Shown here in pieces: positions 61,016 through 61,770 of a stretch of DNA of 61,770 bases; the first letter of the stretch is position 1; each line of letters begins with the position of its first letter. Origin of the DNA: an uncultured Gammaproteobacteria bacterium. Lineage in GTDB: Bacteria; Patescibacteriota; Patescibacteriia; Magasanikbacterales; GWA2-37-8. Below the pieces are notes generated by a model, which saw only the letters and a program-made list of their open reading frames with translations, made no database searches and was not told where the DNA came from. The stretch lies in NCBI GenBank assembly GCA_964444705.1, contig CAYUHX010000005.1, positions 1 to 61,770 of the forward strand. Reading direction: 5' to 3'. The position numbers and the translations under genes were made by a program.

Positions 61016-61597
61016 CTATGCCGCTTCTTTTTGCAATGCTTCTTGTAAATCTTTTTGAAAACCAGGAGTTTCATACTGGGGCCCTTTTTCACGAGTGTAT
61101 GACTTTCTCAACTCCTTGGTTACTCTTGTCATTGCCTGTCCATGTAACACTTCACCCATTTTTTTAAGTATTAACGCAAGTTCATCAATAGCTGGTTTGT
61201 TTCTTTCATTCGCAAAAAAATAGTTAAGCGTGGTAACGGGATCGCCTGTCAGAACAAGCGTGTAATTTTTGCTAAGCTCCACATATTTAGCCAAAGATTT
61301 GAGAGTTCGATCAACAGTATCACACCACAATCTTTGAAATCGTTCGGGAGGCAATGTTCGTACTGTAGGATTATCAAATGTGTGTACCGTTTGTGGTGTA
61401 GCGACATCTATCTGCGAAGCACGGTGCATCGCCGACATCAAATGCCCAATCGTAGAAATTTGAACATCTGAAAGATATGAGTCTTTAATTTGTTGCCAAT
61501 CTGCTGGCGGTTTATTTACCAAAGCTTCGGCAACTAAACCATTCATGGCCGTCCCAGATTGCGGCCAAATAGAATTTCCCTCAATGAAGGCTTGCAC
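61016..61597 (-). CDS. hypothetical protein
   Basis: 193-aa ORF with a GTG start and no upstream in-frame ATG. No motif recognised. Confidence 0.4.
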   Translation of the reverse strand: MQAFIEGNSIWPQSGTAMNGLVAEALVNKPPADWQQIKDSYLSDVQISTIGHLMSAMHRASQIDVATPQTVHTFDNPTVRTLPPERFQRLWCDTVDRTLKSLAKYVELSKNYTLVLTGDPVTTLNYFFANERNKPAIDELALILKKMGEVLHGQAMTRVTKELRKSYTREKGPQYETPGFQKDLQEALQKEAA

Positions 61598-61671
61598 CCA
61601 AGAATCTTGAGCTTCAAACCCTTGACCCTCTACAGATTCTTCAACTTCTTGTTGGTATACAAATGGCTGTG

Positions 61672-61703
61672 TAAAACAAAAAACAGAGTTTTATCTCTGT
61701 TTT
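61672..61703 (-). terminator. rho-independent terminator after tRNA-Val
   Basis: Minus strand: AAACAGAG, ataaaa, CTCTGTTT, then TTTGTTTT, immediately 3' of the tRNA. Confidence 0.6.
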
Positions 61704-61708
61704 GCGTT

Positions 61709-61770
61709 TGGTGCACGCCAAGGGATTCGAACCCCTGACCCTCTCGGTGTAAACGAGATGCTCTAACCAA
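61709..61770 (-). tRNA. tRNA-Val (anticodon UAC), 5' end cut by the window edge, CCA encoded
   Basis: Reverse complement reads ..GTTGGTTAGAGCA-TCTCG-TTTACAC-CGAGA-GGGTC-AGGGG-TTCGAAT-CCCTT-GGCGTGC-A-CCA. Confidence 0.8.

Noticed and set aside
60929-61018. In-frame continuation after the TAG stop of 61016..61597 (TAG-T-F-MSEMQAALPQVDKRVLNQFLMTVEAR*), which suggests stop-codon read-through, recoding or a 26-aa micro-ORF.
   Set aside because: This is a single instance. The extension carries no motif, and TAG/TAA/TGA all behave as stops elsewhere in the window. The bidirectional terminator lies just beyond. Most likely chance.
58633-61770. An excisionase-like HTH gene near a tRNA-Val gene as the edge of an integrative element or prophage.
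   Set aside because: The window shows no integrase, recombinase, att-like direct repeat of the tRNA 3' end, or phage-like genes. The intervening genes have their own canonical promoters and terminators.

Overview
61.8-kb AT-rich window, transcribed almost entirely on the minus strand. Gene content suggests a Patescibacteria/CPR-like bacterium: pilT, cca, a SEDS protein, an ECF sigma with a DUF5667-like partner, TPR-fused O-antigen-ligase-like proteins and almost no Shine-Dalgarno sites. That placement is inference only. The standard code applies, since TGA is used as a stop, including in ATGA overlaps. Layout: (1) 1-4942 is a MacAB-type efflux operon with two tandem FtsX permeases. (2) Then cca, pilT, a tandemly duplicated tRNA-Pro pair, a small DMT protein and an orphan membrane protein. 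(3) ~9.9-56.2 kb is a ~46-kb envelope-glycan super-locus, interrupted only by a SEDS gene, a small membrane protein and a lone plus-strand rpmA. It holds a dTDP-rhamnose branch, a UDP-xylose branch, a WbpB/E/D-type diacetamido-sugar branch, an AsnB-type amidotransferase, about 11 GT2, 2 GT4, 3 GT-C-like proteins, 3 Dpm1/GtrB-like synthases, 3 methyltransferase domains, a B12-radical-SAM enzyme, a Wzx flippase and two Wzy_C-TPR proteins. It ends at a 1268-aa secreted repeat protein (S-layer/adhesin candidate) that is preceded by an ECF sigma/anti-sigma pair. (4) An HTH gene, a membrane-anchored beta-sandwich protein, a hypothetical gene and a truncated tRNA-Val. No CRISPR array, transposase or integrase was seen. 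Best novelty candidate: a 37-aa ORF below the ORF-track cut-off (34866..34979) ends in FIYNNF, the DltX-type F-x-Y-x-x-F acyl-shuttle motif. It lies between an MBOAT gene and a GT-C-like gene, just downstream of a GT2::TM::DltD/SGNH-like fusion, with no DltA/DltC in the window. I read this as a carrier-less acyl-relay module inside a probable surface-protein glycosylation locus. All calls rest on reading translated motifs by eye and on remembered family signatures; no searches were run. Small-motif coordinates are hand-counted (about +/-2 nt, and see the note on 49861-50160).
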